Source of the DNA: Candidatus Micrarchaeota archaeon
GTDB lineage: Archaea; Micrarchaeota; Micrarchaeia; Anstonellales; Bilamarchaeaceae
Reading direction: 5' to 3'
Length of the DNA: 47,274 bases
Assembly (NCBI GenBank): GCA_040754495.1
Contig: JBFMCO010000042.1
Coordinates: 1-47,274, forward strand
Position 1 is the stretch's first letter. Every line of letters begins with the position of its first letter. A program made the position numbers and the translations under genes. Below the pieces are notes generated by a model. The model did not search any database and had not been told where the DNA came from. It was given only the letters and a program-made list of their open reading frames with translations. Shown here piece after piece: positions 1 to 9,400 of the stretch.

Positions 1-65
1 TGCCTTAACTCTTCAACGGATATTTTGGGGAGGAATTCATCTCCTTTTGGTAGATGCCAGACCAT
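1..65 (-). CDS. 5' end of a gene running off the left edge (MVWHLPKGDEFLPKISVEELR...), product unknown
   Basis: Manual translation: ATG at 65 and 21 open codons to the window edge. A TATA-like run (atttataaaa, 87-96) lies ~22 nt upstream on the minus strand. Too short to assign. Confidence 0.5.
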   Translation of the reverse strand, partial: MVWHLPKGDEFLPKISVEELR

Positions 66-121
66 AGATAGTATCTACGGAGGACAATTTATAAAAGTTC
101 GTCTAATTTTGTCCTAGACTA

Positions 122-1006
122 TCAATAAGTGTTTCTAATTGGGCAGGTTTCAGCGTCATCGACCTCGAGCCTTTTTTGTTGCGGATCGGTCTTGGAGGCT
201 TTTTCAACATTTGCACGGGCAATGGAGTGGTATTCCTCCAGAATTTCTATCCCGATATAGTTCCGTTTTAACTTGCGAGCGACAACTGCCGTGGTACCAG
301 AGCCCAAAAAGGGGTCTAAAACGATGTCTCCTGGCTTAGAGAACAGTTTGATAAACCAAGCTGGGAGGTCTTCGGGGTATGGAGCGGAGTGGTTTTTGTT
401 AGCACACTCCGTAGGGAGGTGAAGAACATTGGTTGGATAGACTGTATCTTTACCGACCCAATTAGCAATTCTCTTGCCAAAACCACTCTTGGATTTTGAC
501 TCGTCACGGATTTTATCGACTTCACTCAGTTTTGAGAGACGCTTCTCCGCCCATGAACCCATGGGAACTTTTACTGCCTCTTGGTACATTTTGAATTTCT
601 TGGTTTTCGTGAAATGAAGGCAACGCTCCCAGGCGTCCCTAAAACGATTGGGCCACTTGCCAGGGTAACAGTTCTTTTTATGCCAGATATACTCTTCCGT
701 CCACAGCCACCCCTGGTTTCTCATTTCCAAGATTAGTTCAAGGACGTAAGTGTGACGTTCCCCCTTGGCGACCCGTTCTTTGATGTTTAATACGAAAGAG
801 CCGTCGGGTTTGAGCACCCTCAGTAGCTCCTTCGAGAGGGGTAAGAACCACGCTACATACTCGTCCATGGGAATGCCGCCGTAGGTTCCTTTGCGGTTGT
901 CTGCGTAAGGCGGCGAGGTTACGACTAAATCGATACTGTTGTCGGGGAATTTCTTGAGCACCTCGAAGCTGTCCCCCAAGATTATCTTGTTCACGTCCAT
1001 CTTCAA
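122..1006 (-). CDS. site-specific DNA methyltransferase, beta class (N4-cytosine/N6-adenine)
   Basis: Catalytic TSPPY near the N-terminus and SAM-binding DPFLGSGTT near the C-terminus (beta order). Also GDSFEVL, LKPDGS, YIWHK and HSAPYP motifs. Start is TTG 1006 or ATG 1000. Confidence 0.95.
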   Translation of the reverse strand: MKMDVNKIILGDSFEVLKKFPDNSIDLVVTSPPYADNRKGTYGGIPMDEYVAWFLPLSKELLRVLKPDGSFVLNIKERVAKGERHTYVLELILEMRNQGWLWTEEYIWHKKNCYPGKWPNRFRDAWERCLHFTKTKKFKMYQEAVKVPMGSWAEKRLSKLSEVDKIRDESKSKSGFGKRIANWVGKDTVYPTNVLHLPTECANKNHSAPYPEDLPAWFIKLFSKPGDIVLDPFLGSGTTAVVARKLKRNYIGIEILEEYHSIARANVEKASKTDPQQKRLEVDDAETCPIRNTY

Positions 1007-1137
1007 ATGTACACCTGCAGGGATAACGAAGTTATTTATAAAAGCCTTTTCGGCAGCTCATTTCCGCAGAGCTATGACAAGGATGTCGCATTATCCCCAG
1101 CGGAAGTTGCAACTTTAGACTAGTGAAGAATAAGGGT

Positions 1138-1560
1138 TCAGGAAATCAAACGCAGCGCACTTTCAGCATCGATTATCTCAAATTTAATTGGTTTTGGCGG
1201 TTTGCTGATAAGAGCTTGCTTAAGGTATGTATCTAGCGTGATAAACTTAACGGGCCTGCTCTCTAAGGACTTGAGGGACGCCAAGGTCAATACCGAGATC
1301 AGATGGTCTTCTATTGAGAGGGGTTCTATCGTTGAGGCTTGCCAAAGAGTGTCTAAAGGTAGTGCCCTATCGGGGTATCTGCTTTTTGCTTGGTGGAACA
1401 CAGCATCGGTGGTAAATAGGACAGGTTTTCCTTCGAGCATGGGTTTTATCGACTTGAAGACCAGATCGTTAGTGTGCCTATTCTTAGTGGTTCTCTCGAA
1501 GAAGGTCTTGATATAATCGTCCACAAAGGACATGTCGTAGATGATTATCGGCGTATTCAT
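1138..1560 (-). CDS. PIN-fold-like protein (putative VapC-type nuclease, degenerate)
   Basis: 140 aa. N-terminal IIIYDMSF resembles the PIN 'hhhDTN' strand and late FITLDTYL resembles 'hhT-D--L'. SD-like ggaggt upstream. Confidence 0.5.
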   Translation of the reverse strand: MNTPIIIYDMSFVDDYIKTFFERTTKNRHTNDLVFKSIKPMLEGKPVLFTTDAVFHQAKSRYPDRALPLDTLWQASTIEPLSIEDHLISVLTLASLKSLESRPVKFITLDTYLKQALISKPPKPIKFEIIDAESALRLIS

Positions 1561-1588
1561 TGTGCACTACCTCCCGCTAACAGAGCGA

Positions 1589-1819
1589 TTACTCAACAAT
1601 CGCTCGGATGTTGTCTGGCGTTAATGGCAAAGCCTTTTCGATATACGCTGGCGAATTCACCGAGATTCGCAGGACGAGGATGTCTCCGGCCTTTGCACTG
1701 TTGATAACTTCTTTCGCTTGCGGAGACATACTTTCGTCTGAGTGTAGCGGCTGAATAGCCTCTTTCTTCATATATCGAATTGTGGTAAATCCACCCCCTA
1801 TATTTTTCTCTGTTGCCAT
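1589..1819 (-). CDS. small hypothetical protein (76 aa), possible antitoxin partner of the PIN-like gene
   Basis: The ORF track gives 1589-1849, but ATG 1819 (MATEKNI) has an SD-like gaggtga 4-5 nt upstream. It ends 28 nt before the PIN-like gene. Confidence 0.55.
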   Translation of the reverse strand: MATEKNIGGGFTTIRYMKKEAIQPLHSDESMSPQAKEVINSAKAGDILVLRISVNSPAYIEKALPLTPDNIRAIVE

Positions 1820-1974
1820 CTGTTCACCTCGGGAGGTCATCAAACCCATTTAGATAATGGAGGAGGGTTAATAAAAACCCTTAAGAAAGGGGGGGTGCGC
1901 ACCCGCCCGCGAATTCGCCCCCGCCCGCTCCGTTTTCGACGTGCGGGATAGGGGTTCGGGTCCGTTTTCCGGCC

Positions 1975-2144
1975 AAGGCGAATTTTCATAAGTTTACAGT
2001 TTTGGGTTCTGGGTTTCGACTCAGGAAAATTCGCCTGCCTTGCACGGAACGTAATTGTTCGGCGAGCCGAACAATTTGCGCCTTGAACAAGTTCAAGTGC
2101 GCGCCGTGCAAGCAAAGGCGAATTTTCATAAGTTTTTAGTTTTG
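1975..2144. repeat. structured repeat element: 30-bp direct repeat plus nested inverted repeats
   Basis: aaggcgaattttcataagttt(ac/tt)agttttg at 1975-2004 and 2115-2144 (28/30 identical). An inverted 12-bp core at 2025-2036 forms a long stem with 2104-2127, enclosing hairpins at 2053-2076 and 2082-2097. Confidence 0.85.
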
Positions 2145-2972
2145 AATTCGCAGTCTCCCCAACCCAAGAGCCCCGCGCAGCTCATCCGCGACATTCGGCC
2201 CGTCGCGCACGGTAACATCATAGAGCCGCAGGCCGTACGTAATCCTCTCCAGCGTGTTCGGCTCATCCTGCACAAGGAGGATTCCCCGCGCGGAGCGCAG
2301 CATCTCAAGCGCATCGAGCAAATCGTTGGAAAACACAGCGGTCCGCTCAGGCGCGAGCGTCCTTCCCGCGGCCTTCATCAGCTCGGATGCCGCACTCATC
2401 TTCGTCAGCACCCTGGTCCCGTTCACCGGCGAATCGGCCGCGCCAATCATCAGCGAGAAGCCCCCGAAAACGCCGTTGGAAGAGTTCTCCACGCTGCCCA
2501 CCGCGAAGGGGAACCCGAACCTTCTTGCAAGCCACTCCGCGCCATCGCGCGAGGAGCGCGTCGCGAGCACCGTGCTCAATCCGGCCTCGGAAGCGACTCT
2601 GGTCAGCGAGTCTATGAGCCTGAAGCGGAGCCCTCCCCTGCGCTCGAGTTCCTGCATGATGAGCACCCAGTCGCTCCTTTTGAAGCCGCGGCGGTAGAGC
2701 TCCCCGAAGACTTCGGAATGTATCTGGTCGAGCTTCAGCTCGCCCTTTATCGCCCTCTTGACGAAGCCGTCGAAGACCTTCTTCGCCTCGTCCTTCCCGC
2801 ACATCCTCTCGAGCGCCACCTTGGGGGAATCCTCCGATGTTATCGTGCGGTCCACGTCCACAATGAGCGTATCGAGGAGGGGTGGCTCGCGGAACCTGGC
2901 GGCGGCCCGCCTCCCGGCGAACCTGACGCTGGACAGGGCTGCTGCAAGCAGGGGCTGCGGGGCCTTTGTCAT
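2136..2972 (-). CDS. HAD-superfamily hydrolase (phosphoserine-phosphatase-like, HAD-IB type)
   Basis: Motif I VDVDRT, motif II LATRS, motif III TK, atypical motif IV FSNDLLD. TATA-like box ~25 nt upstream. Confidence 0.8.
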   Translation of the reverse strand: MTKAPQPLLAAALSSVRFAGRRAAARFREPPLLDTLIVDVDRTITSEDSPKVALERMCGKDEAKKVFDGFVKRAIKGELKLDQIHSEVFGELYRRGFKRSDWVLIMQELERRGGLRFRLIDSLTRVASEAGLSTVLATRSSRDGAEWLARRFGFPFAVGSVENSSNGVFGGFSLMIGAADSPVNGTRVLTKMSAASELMKAAGRTLAPERTAVFSNDLLDALEMLRSARGILLVQDEPNTLERITYGLRLYDVTVRDGPNVADELRGALGLGRLRIQN

Positions 2973-2995
2973 AAAGATTCTTTAAGGCACACAAC

Positions 2996-3060
2996 AAATT
3001 ATAAACCATCGGCCCGTCCCGGGCCGCCGTCCGAACGCGCGCGCGTTAGGTATTATAAAA
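2996..3060. promoter_or_regulatory. divergent archaeal-type promoter region between the HAD gene and cassette 1
   Basis: AT boxes aaattataaa (2996-3005) and tattataaaa (3051-3060) flank a GC-rich spacer with a 6-bp inverted repeat (3011-3025) and a 14-bp palindrome aacgcgcgcgcgtt (3034-3047). Confidence 0.5.
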
Positions 3061-3117
3061 GCGAACCAATATCTCTTAACTGAGCCAAGGTGCTCGCCCC
3101 GATAAAGGTGGTCTGGC

Positions 3118-3459
3118 ATGGTCAGAGCCAATATCCCTTCGAAAATCACGCCTGGCGGCGGCGCGAAGCCGCCTGAGCACGACGAGTCGGACATAGACGA
3201 ATTGGAGAAGGTCGCCCTCGAGAGGGCGAACAAGGCGCTATCCGCCATAGAGAACGCCATCGCGGTGTGGGAGCAATCGGCTGAGAAGCCGGACGAGCTG
3301 CGGCCGAGGATAAACCGGCTCAAGGCGATACACGACGCCCTGGCCAACTGGGAGAAGAAGGTGCTGAAGAGCATGGGAAAACCGGACATGGCATCCAGGA
3401 TAGAGAACCTGCGGGAGTTCAGCGACATCTGCTTCACGTACTCCCGCGTCCATGGGTAG
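3118..3459 (+). CDS. small alpha-helical partner protein 1 (paralog of 26404-26742)
   Basis: 113 aa. About 34/76 identities to 26404-26742 over the core (W..EKPD.LR, HDAL..WE.K.L.SMG, R.E.LREF). Stop is 6 nt before the G1 ATG. Confidence 0.9.
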   Translation: MVRANIPSKITPGGGAKPPEHDESDIDELEKVALERANKALSAIENAIAVWEQSAEKPDELRPRINRLKAIHDALANWEKKVLKSMGKPDMASRIENLREFSDICFTYSRVHG

Positions 3460-3465
3460 TCGTAT

Positions 3466-6400
3466 ATGGCACAAACCCAGAGAGGCGGAGCGCCGGGAAG
3501 ACGCGTCGAGACGGCAGAGCAGGAAGTCCTCAGGGAGCTTGCGCTGCCGCTTCCGACCGTCAGGGCGCCGCCTCCGGACGTGCTCAGGCCGCTGCAGACA
3601 GCAATCAGCGCCGCGGAAGGGAGGGTTAACGACTTATTCAGGCTCGGGCCGGAAGTGGACCGGCGGGTCGGCGTTAGCCCGGACAGGGAAAGGAGGCGCG
3701 AGGGGGAGCAGGAGAGGGCGAGGGCAGAGGAGAGGGCTGCCGAAGTGCCGCGCGTCAAGGGCTATCTGGATGTCATAAGGGGGCAGCAGCTCGGGGGCCT
3801 CGAGCAGCATGCCGAGCGGATTTACCAGACGGTCACCGAAGCGGACAGGCTGATACGGGCGGGAAGGAGGGAGGAGGGCCTCAGGCTCTACGAAACCGTC
3901 CGCCCGCAGGTCGGGCGGCTGTACCAGCTGCTTCCGATTGCCAGGGACATCGCCACGTCGGGCCTGCCCGAGGAGCAGCAGCGGACGCTCATCGGCGGGG
4001 CGAATGCGGCCATGTATTTCTATTCGCAGGGGCAGGCCGCGCGGGGCGACATCATCATGCAGAACCTCGAGACCTTCTCGAGGCACAGGGACACTCTCAT
4101 GCGGCCCGAGGCCCGGCTCGCAAGGATGACGATAGTGGCGACCGTCGAGAACCTGTCCGACAGGAGAAGGAGCATCACCGAGGAGAACCTTGGGCGCGCG
4201 CAGAGGGACGCGACCCAGATGGAGACCACCCTCACCCAGGCAGAGAGCGAGAGGAGGGAGCTCGCGGCCCAGGCGTTCGCCCACCAGTCCGAATCGCTCT
4301 ACACGTTCTACGGCACGGCTTCCCCGGAGATGAGGCAGCGCATCGACCAGGCGAGGGAGTACCTGGACGGCCTCGCTACGAGGCTCCGCGCAGGCGAGAC
4401 GGTTACGGACGAGGAGCTGCGCAGGGGCGCGATGCTGACGCAGGCCATGCATCTTGGCATCGGCGTGCTGGACGGCATCGAGTCCACGACGGAAAAAAGG
4501 CAGGTGGAGAGCGTCTATCTGGCCGCGTTCGACGTCCTGCTCACTGGCGGGAATATCGACACCCACAGCTCGATAATGCTGGCCGCGCAGGACATCACCG
4601 GCCCGCGGGGAAACGCGGCGCTCCGCCGCTCCCTTTCCACGGCCGCGACTGCATACAGCACGGCGCTCCGCAGCCCGGATGCGACCGCCGACAGGAAGCA
4701 GGCTGCGGAAGGCGCGCTCATCGGCGTTTATGCAAGGCACGTTTCAGGGAGGCTCGGGACTGCATCGTCAAGCCTGACCGGGGACATGAGGACGAGGGCG
4801 GATGCTCTCGCGGCGCCGCTCACCGAGCACCCGGAGACCGCGACGCTCGACCAGCTCCGGTTCGCGAGGGCCGGGACCGAGGTGCTGGAGAGCAGAACGA
4901 GGCATTTCGGAAGGGCGTTCAACCCGTCAGCGCCCGTGCGCACCGGCGCCGACGCCATATACGGGCGCGCGCTCGATTCGCTCCAGAGCGGCGGCAGCGT
5001 GGACATCGCCATGGCGCAAAGCAGCCTCGCCGAGAGGTACGTCCAGACAGGGGACGAGACGAGGAGGACGAGGCTGGAGGGGCTCTCGGGACGCCTTGCG
5101 CAGAACCCGCGGGAGCTGAGCAGCGTCATGTTCTACATCGACGCGGATGCGCGTTCGCAGGAAATCAGGGACGCCCTGCCCTCGCTTCCTGCTGCGGCGA
5201 GGGCGCAGGGACAGCGGCTGCTGGAGGGCCTGGATGCCATGATGGCTACGATAGCCAGCGGGCAGCCGCTCGTCGATGACGGCAGGGTCCTCCAGGCGAA
5301 GACGGAAATGCTTGCAAGGATGGAGAGGGACGCGGGATTCTCCCAGCAGATAGAGCAGACCGCGAGGGTCCTCATGATGCAGACGCCCGGCATGACGAGG
5401 GACCAGGCGCTGACCGAGATAGCGAGGGCCCAGGCGACAGAGGCCGAGATGCGCAGGGGGGAGGAGATGCTCACCACGCTCTCGACCATGACCGACCTCG
5501 TGCGGTCCGCGCGCGGAAACCCGGCGAGGCAGGCAGAGATTGCGGAGATATTCTCGGTCGGCGTTGACGCGCTGCTTGCAAGGAACACGGCGAGGGCCGC
5601 CACCATACGGCAGACGGCTGCGCTTTATCCGCGCTTCGCGACCGACGCCGACCGGCGCTCGGTGCTCGCTGCGGTGCGCGGCCTCAGGGACGGCACGGTG
5701 CAGGAGGAGAATTTCGGCGCTTACATGCAGGTCCAGAGCCAGAGGGCCGAGTTCGAAAGCAGCATTACCGACCCGGCCCTGAAGAGGAACTTCCGCGCTT
5801 ACATGGACCTTGCAGCGCTTGCTGCGCTCCGCGGCGACAGGCTCGAGAGGGAATCCGTACTTGACCTGGCCGTCATGTACGCAAGGTGGGCCTCGGTTCC
5901 CGCGAACCAGGGGGGCGTCGCGCTCATGGAGGCGCGGAGCCGCGGGATGGAATTCGTGCAGCAGAGGCTGGGCGACTACCGGCGCAACCCGGACATACTT
6001 GCAGGAAGGAGGCTCATAGACGCCGGCCAGGCAAGGAGCTGGACGCCGCGCGCCGGGACGATTACCGCTGAGAATGCGCCGCTCACCGCAGCCATACTCG
6101 GCGAGGGGAGCATCAGCGAGGCCGTTGGAGGCGGGGACCGCGTCGCCGGCGTGAGCGCACTTACGGCCCTTCGCAGGGACACTTACACCCATCTTGCCGC
6201 GTCCGAGGACGCGGACTGGGAGAGGAGCCTCGCGCGGCTGGAAGGCCGCACGCCGGCGGAGCAGAGCGCGGTGGAAAGGAGGTGGACGCGTGAGGCAGCG
6301 CGGCTGCGCCGCGAGGCCGCGAGCGCGCGGGCGAGGGGCCAGGAGGCGCTCGCGGTGCATTACGAGCGCCAGGCCGAGCTGGTGGACCCGCAGTTCATGC

Positions 6401-9400
6401 ACGAGGCATTCACCGTCGCGCGCAGCGCATACGCTGAATACCGCACCGAAGAGAGGGCGGCAATCGCGTTCAGCGACGAGGCCGACAGGGCCAGGGACGC
6501 GGATATAACGAACGTGACGACGCTCGCGACGCGCACCCGGGAGATGATAGGGGAGATGCCCGAGGCCCAGCGGGCGGAGTACGAGGCCAGGCTGAGGCAG
6601 GCCGGGACCGACCAGGCGGCGCTGAGGACTCTGTACCTGGACGTGATGAGGGTCCGCTCGGAGCAGCTTATCAACGGCCTGCCAGAGGGCCTGCAGGCGA
6701 CTGCAAGGCAGAGGCTGCGGGATGCCGGAAGCGACGAGGCGGGCATGAGGAACGTTTATGTCTCGCTGCTGCGCACGCATGCCGGGATGCACGCGGCGAG
6801 GGGAGAGGAGCTTCGGACCGCGGCTATGAGGATACGCGACGACATGGCCTCCCTGGACAGGGGCGTGAGGCTGACCACGGTCCATCGCACGTCCGGCAGG
6901 TTCCAGCTCGCAGTCAGCATCCGGACCTCGATGGCAGTCGCGGGCGGCTACGACTGCGACTTCCTCGGGCGCCCCATCGAGAGGGAAGAAACCACGCCGG
7001 GCGGCGAGACGCGCAGGGTGAGGGTGCCGCTCACGAGGCCGAGGGCGGCCCAGCTCACCGCACAGGCGTCCGCGGCATCGCGCGTGGGCCGCGGCGCCGT
7101 GGACTTCCAGGTGGCCATAGAGAGGCGCCGCGACCGTGCAAACGCGGTGGAGAGGGCACAGCTCACGCAGGACATAGGCCGCTTCAAGACGCTGCTCACG
7201 ACCATGATAGACTCGCTCCCGGAAGGGAACCGGCAGCAGTACCGGGACCTCATGACGCAGGCAGGCGACGACCCGGCCATGCTCCAGGAGATATTCCGCC
7301 GCCTCGGCAACGAAGGAGTCAGGACCCAGGACGACCAGGGCCACGAGTATGCTGACATAGAGGACAGGGCCGGGGACGCCCGCAGGGCTATCGGCCTGCG
7401 CTACGCGGAGAGGTTCGGCGCGGCGGACGCGCTCTCGAGCAGCTCGCGGTCCGACTTCCGCGGCGGCGTGCTCCAGGCCCGCAACTGGCTGAGCGACCAG
7501 GCCGTAGCAAGGCTGTACAACAGCTCGACCGGGACGCAGATAATAGGCGTGGGTACCCTCGACCTGAGCTACACTTCGGCCGAAACCGGCCAGCCGGTTA
7601 CTGTGCAGGTAACGAACATCACGCCGAGCTCCGAACTCATAGACAACATGATACAAAAGCTTCCGCCTTCCTCCGAGAGGGAAGCGCTGAGGCAGAGGCT
7701 GCTGGCCATGCCGGCAGGGCCGGCCGGAAACGACCAGAGGCAGGCGCTGTTCAGTTCCCTCCTCGACAGGGAGGTGTACGACCCACGGCGGGCGCCCGGC
7801 ACCGGTGTCACGTTCAGGGCGGTCATCGAGAGGGGGGACAGTTTCTATTATCATGCCAGCGAGTACGACCAGCAGATTGCCGAGGCCAGGGCTCTCGGGC
7901 GCAGCGGCAGGGGAAGCGAGGCCCAGGCAGCGCTAGACCGCATCGAAGGGGACATGGGGCGCTCCGAAATCGCATCCCGCTCGGACGCGAGGGAGCTCGG
8001 GGCGCGGCACACCGCATGGGAGACGCGCAGGAGGGAGGAGGGGCTGCGGGGCAGGTACACCGAGGGCCTGCCAAACCAGGAGGAGCATCCCCGCAGCTAC
8101 GGGGAGGCGCAGGACCGCAACGATGCCGTCACGGGCGACCATGTGAGGCTGAGAGATGGCAGCAGGACGAGCCTGTTGGGGCTTTACGAGGGCAGCATGG
8201 AGCGCGGCGCTGCGGACATGGACAGGCTCGCCGACAGGCATGGAGGTGTCCGCGACACCATCCTCGCCGGAGGGCAGATGCTCCAGCCCACCGTGGAGGT
8301 GGCTGTAGCCTTGGCCGCTGCTCTCGCTGACAGCCCCCGCGACCATACGCTTGCCAACGGAAGGACGTATGCCCAGATGCTGAACGACCTCACCCTGCCG
8401 GGCTCCCCCCAGGAGCAGGCGCAGAGGGCCGCGGCGCTCTACCAGGCAATCATGGACAACCCGCAGGATTTCGCGGCGGCAGCTCGGATAATCAGGGAGG
8501 GCCATGACGACCGCGGATATACATATGTTTCCGGGCTGAGCAGTGACCTCGTCACCCAGCTCGACGTAACAGCAGACGAGATGGCGACTTACGGCAGGCA
8601 GCGCGAGAGGGAGAGGACCTGGGCGTTCGCCGATACCCACCTCAGGAGGGGGCAGAGCGAGCACAGGCTGGGGGACAGCTCTCATCGGTACAGGCGCGCG
8701 ACGAGCGAGAGGCACAGGGAGGACGAGGCGCGCCTTGGCTGGGCCCCGCACTACCAGACCGCGGAAACGCACTGGGAGAACGCAGCGCGCGAGTATGAGA
8801 TGGCCGCGACCATGCTCCTTGAGGGAAATGATACCCGGTTCACCGACATCGTGGTAAGGAACGAGCCGGTGACCGCGCCCATGTTCGAGTTCCGCGGCAG
8901 GGCTGCCCGCGAATGGCATTATGACGGGCCTGCTTACGTGACCGTGTATTCCGAGAACCGAGGGACCTTCGGGACTCTTGGAAGGCTCCAGCCGAGAGTG
9001 CTGAACATACCCGAGGAGATGTACAGCCTGACAAGGCGCGAGGCCAGGGAGATGGCCTCTTACACCGATGACGACATCCGGGGCGAGGCGAGGCAGAAAT
9101 ACGACCAGATGGGGATAAGCCGCGTCAGGCTGGAGCTGGCCACATACGGCATCGGCACAAGATGGCACGAAGAGGAGGGCGGAGGATACTGGGGCCTTTA
9201 CCGGACGAACATGACCCCCGAGGCGCAAAGGCTGGCGAACGAGGCCTTCCAGCACGGCGAGGCGCTCTGGGACCAGGTGTCTGGAAGGATTTTCGCGCAC
9301 TCCTCGGACTGGGGCGACGACTATGTCATGGGATTCCTGAATAGGACCGCAGACAGGTTCGCGTCCGACCTGAGCGCGATGGCGGCGGCCGAGGGCGAGA

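Larger units (their letters stand above)
1..1890. mobile_element. lower-GC accessory island (right end only)
   Basis: Sampled 60-nt lines are 42-48% GC versus about 55-78% in flanking host-like genes. It carries a DNA MTase and a PIN-like pair. No integrase or transposase is visible in the window. Confidence 0.45.

Noticed and set aside
1-65. Truncated gene as an IS630-like transposase N-terminus
   Set aside because: The 21 residues are only reminiscent of such N-termini; too short to support, and no terminal inverted repeat was identified.
1975-2144. Possible CRISPR mini-array (30-bp repeat twice)
   Set aside because: Only two copies, a 110-bp highly structured 'spacer', and no cas genes in the window.
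2055-3083. 342-aa plus-strand ORF and other overlapping ORFs opposite the HAD gene
   Set aside because: Antisense to a gene with clear HAD motifs and its own promoter; no recognisable features.
3118-3459. Partner proteins as WXG100/type VII substrates
   Set aside because: Size and helicity fit, but there is no WxG motif (WEQ, WDA), no YxxxD/E tail and no FtsK-like ATPase in the window.
4927-7854. Long antisense ORFs inside the giants (e.g. 975 aa at 4927-7854, 665 aa at 36081-38078, 493 aa at 16117-17598)
   Set aside because: They are shadows of high-GC coding strands: Arg/Pro/Ala/Gly-rich, with no motifs, and fully overlapping well-supported genes.
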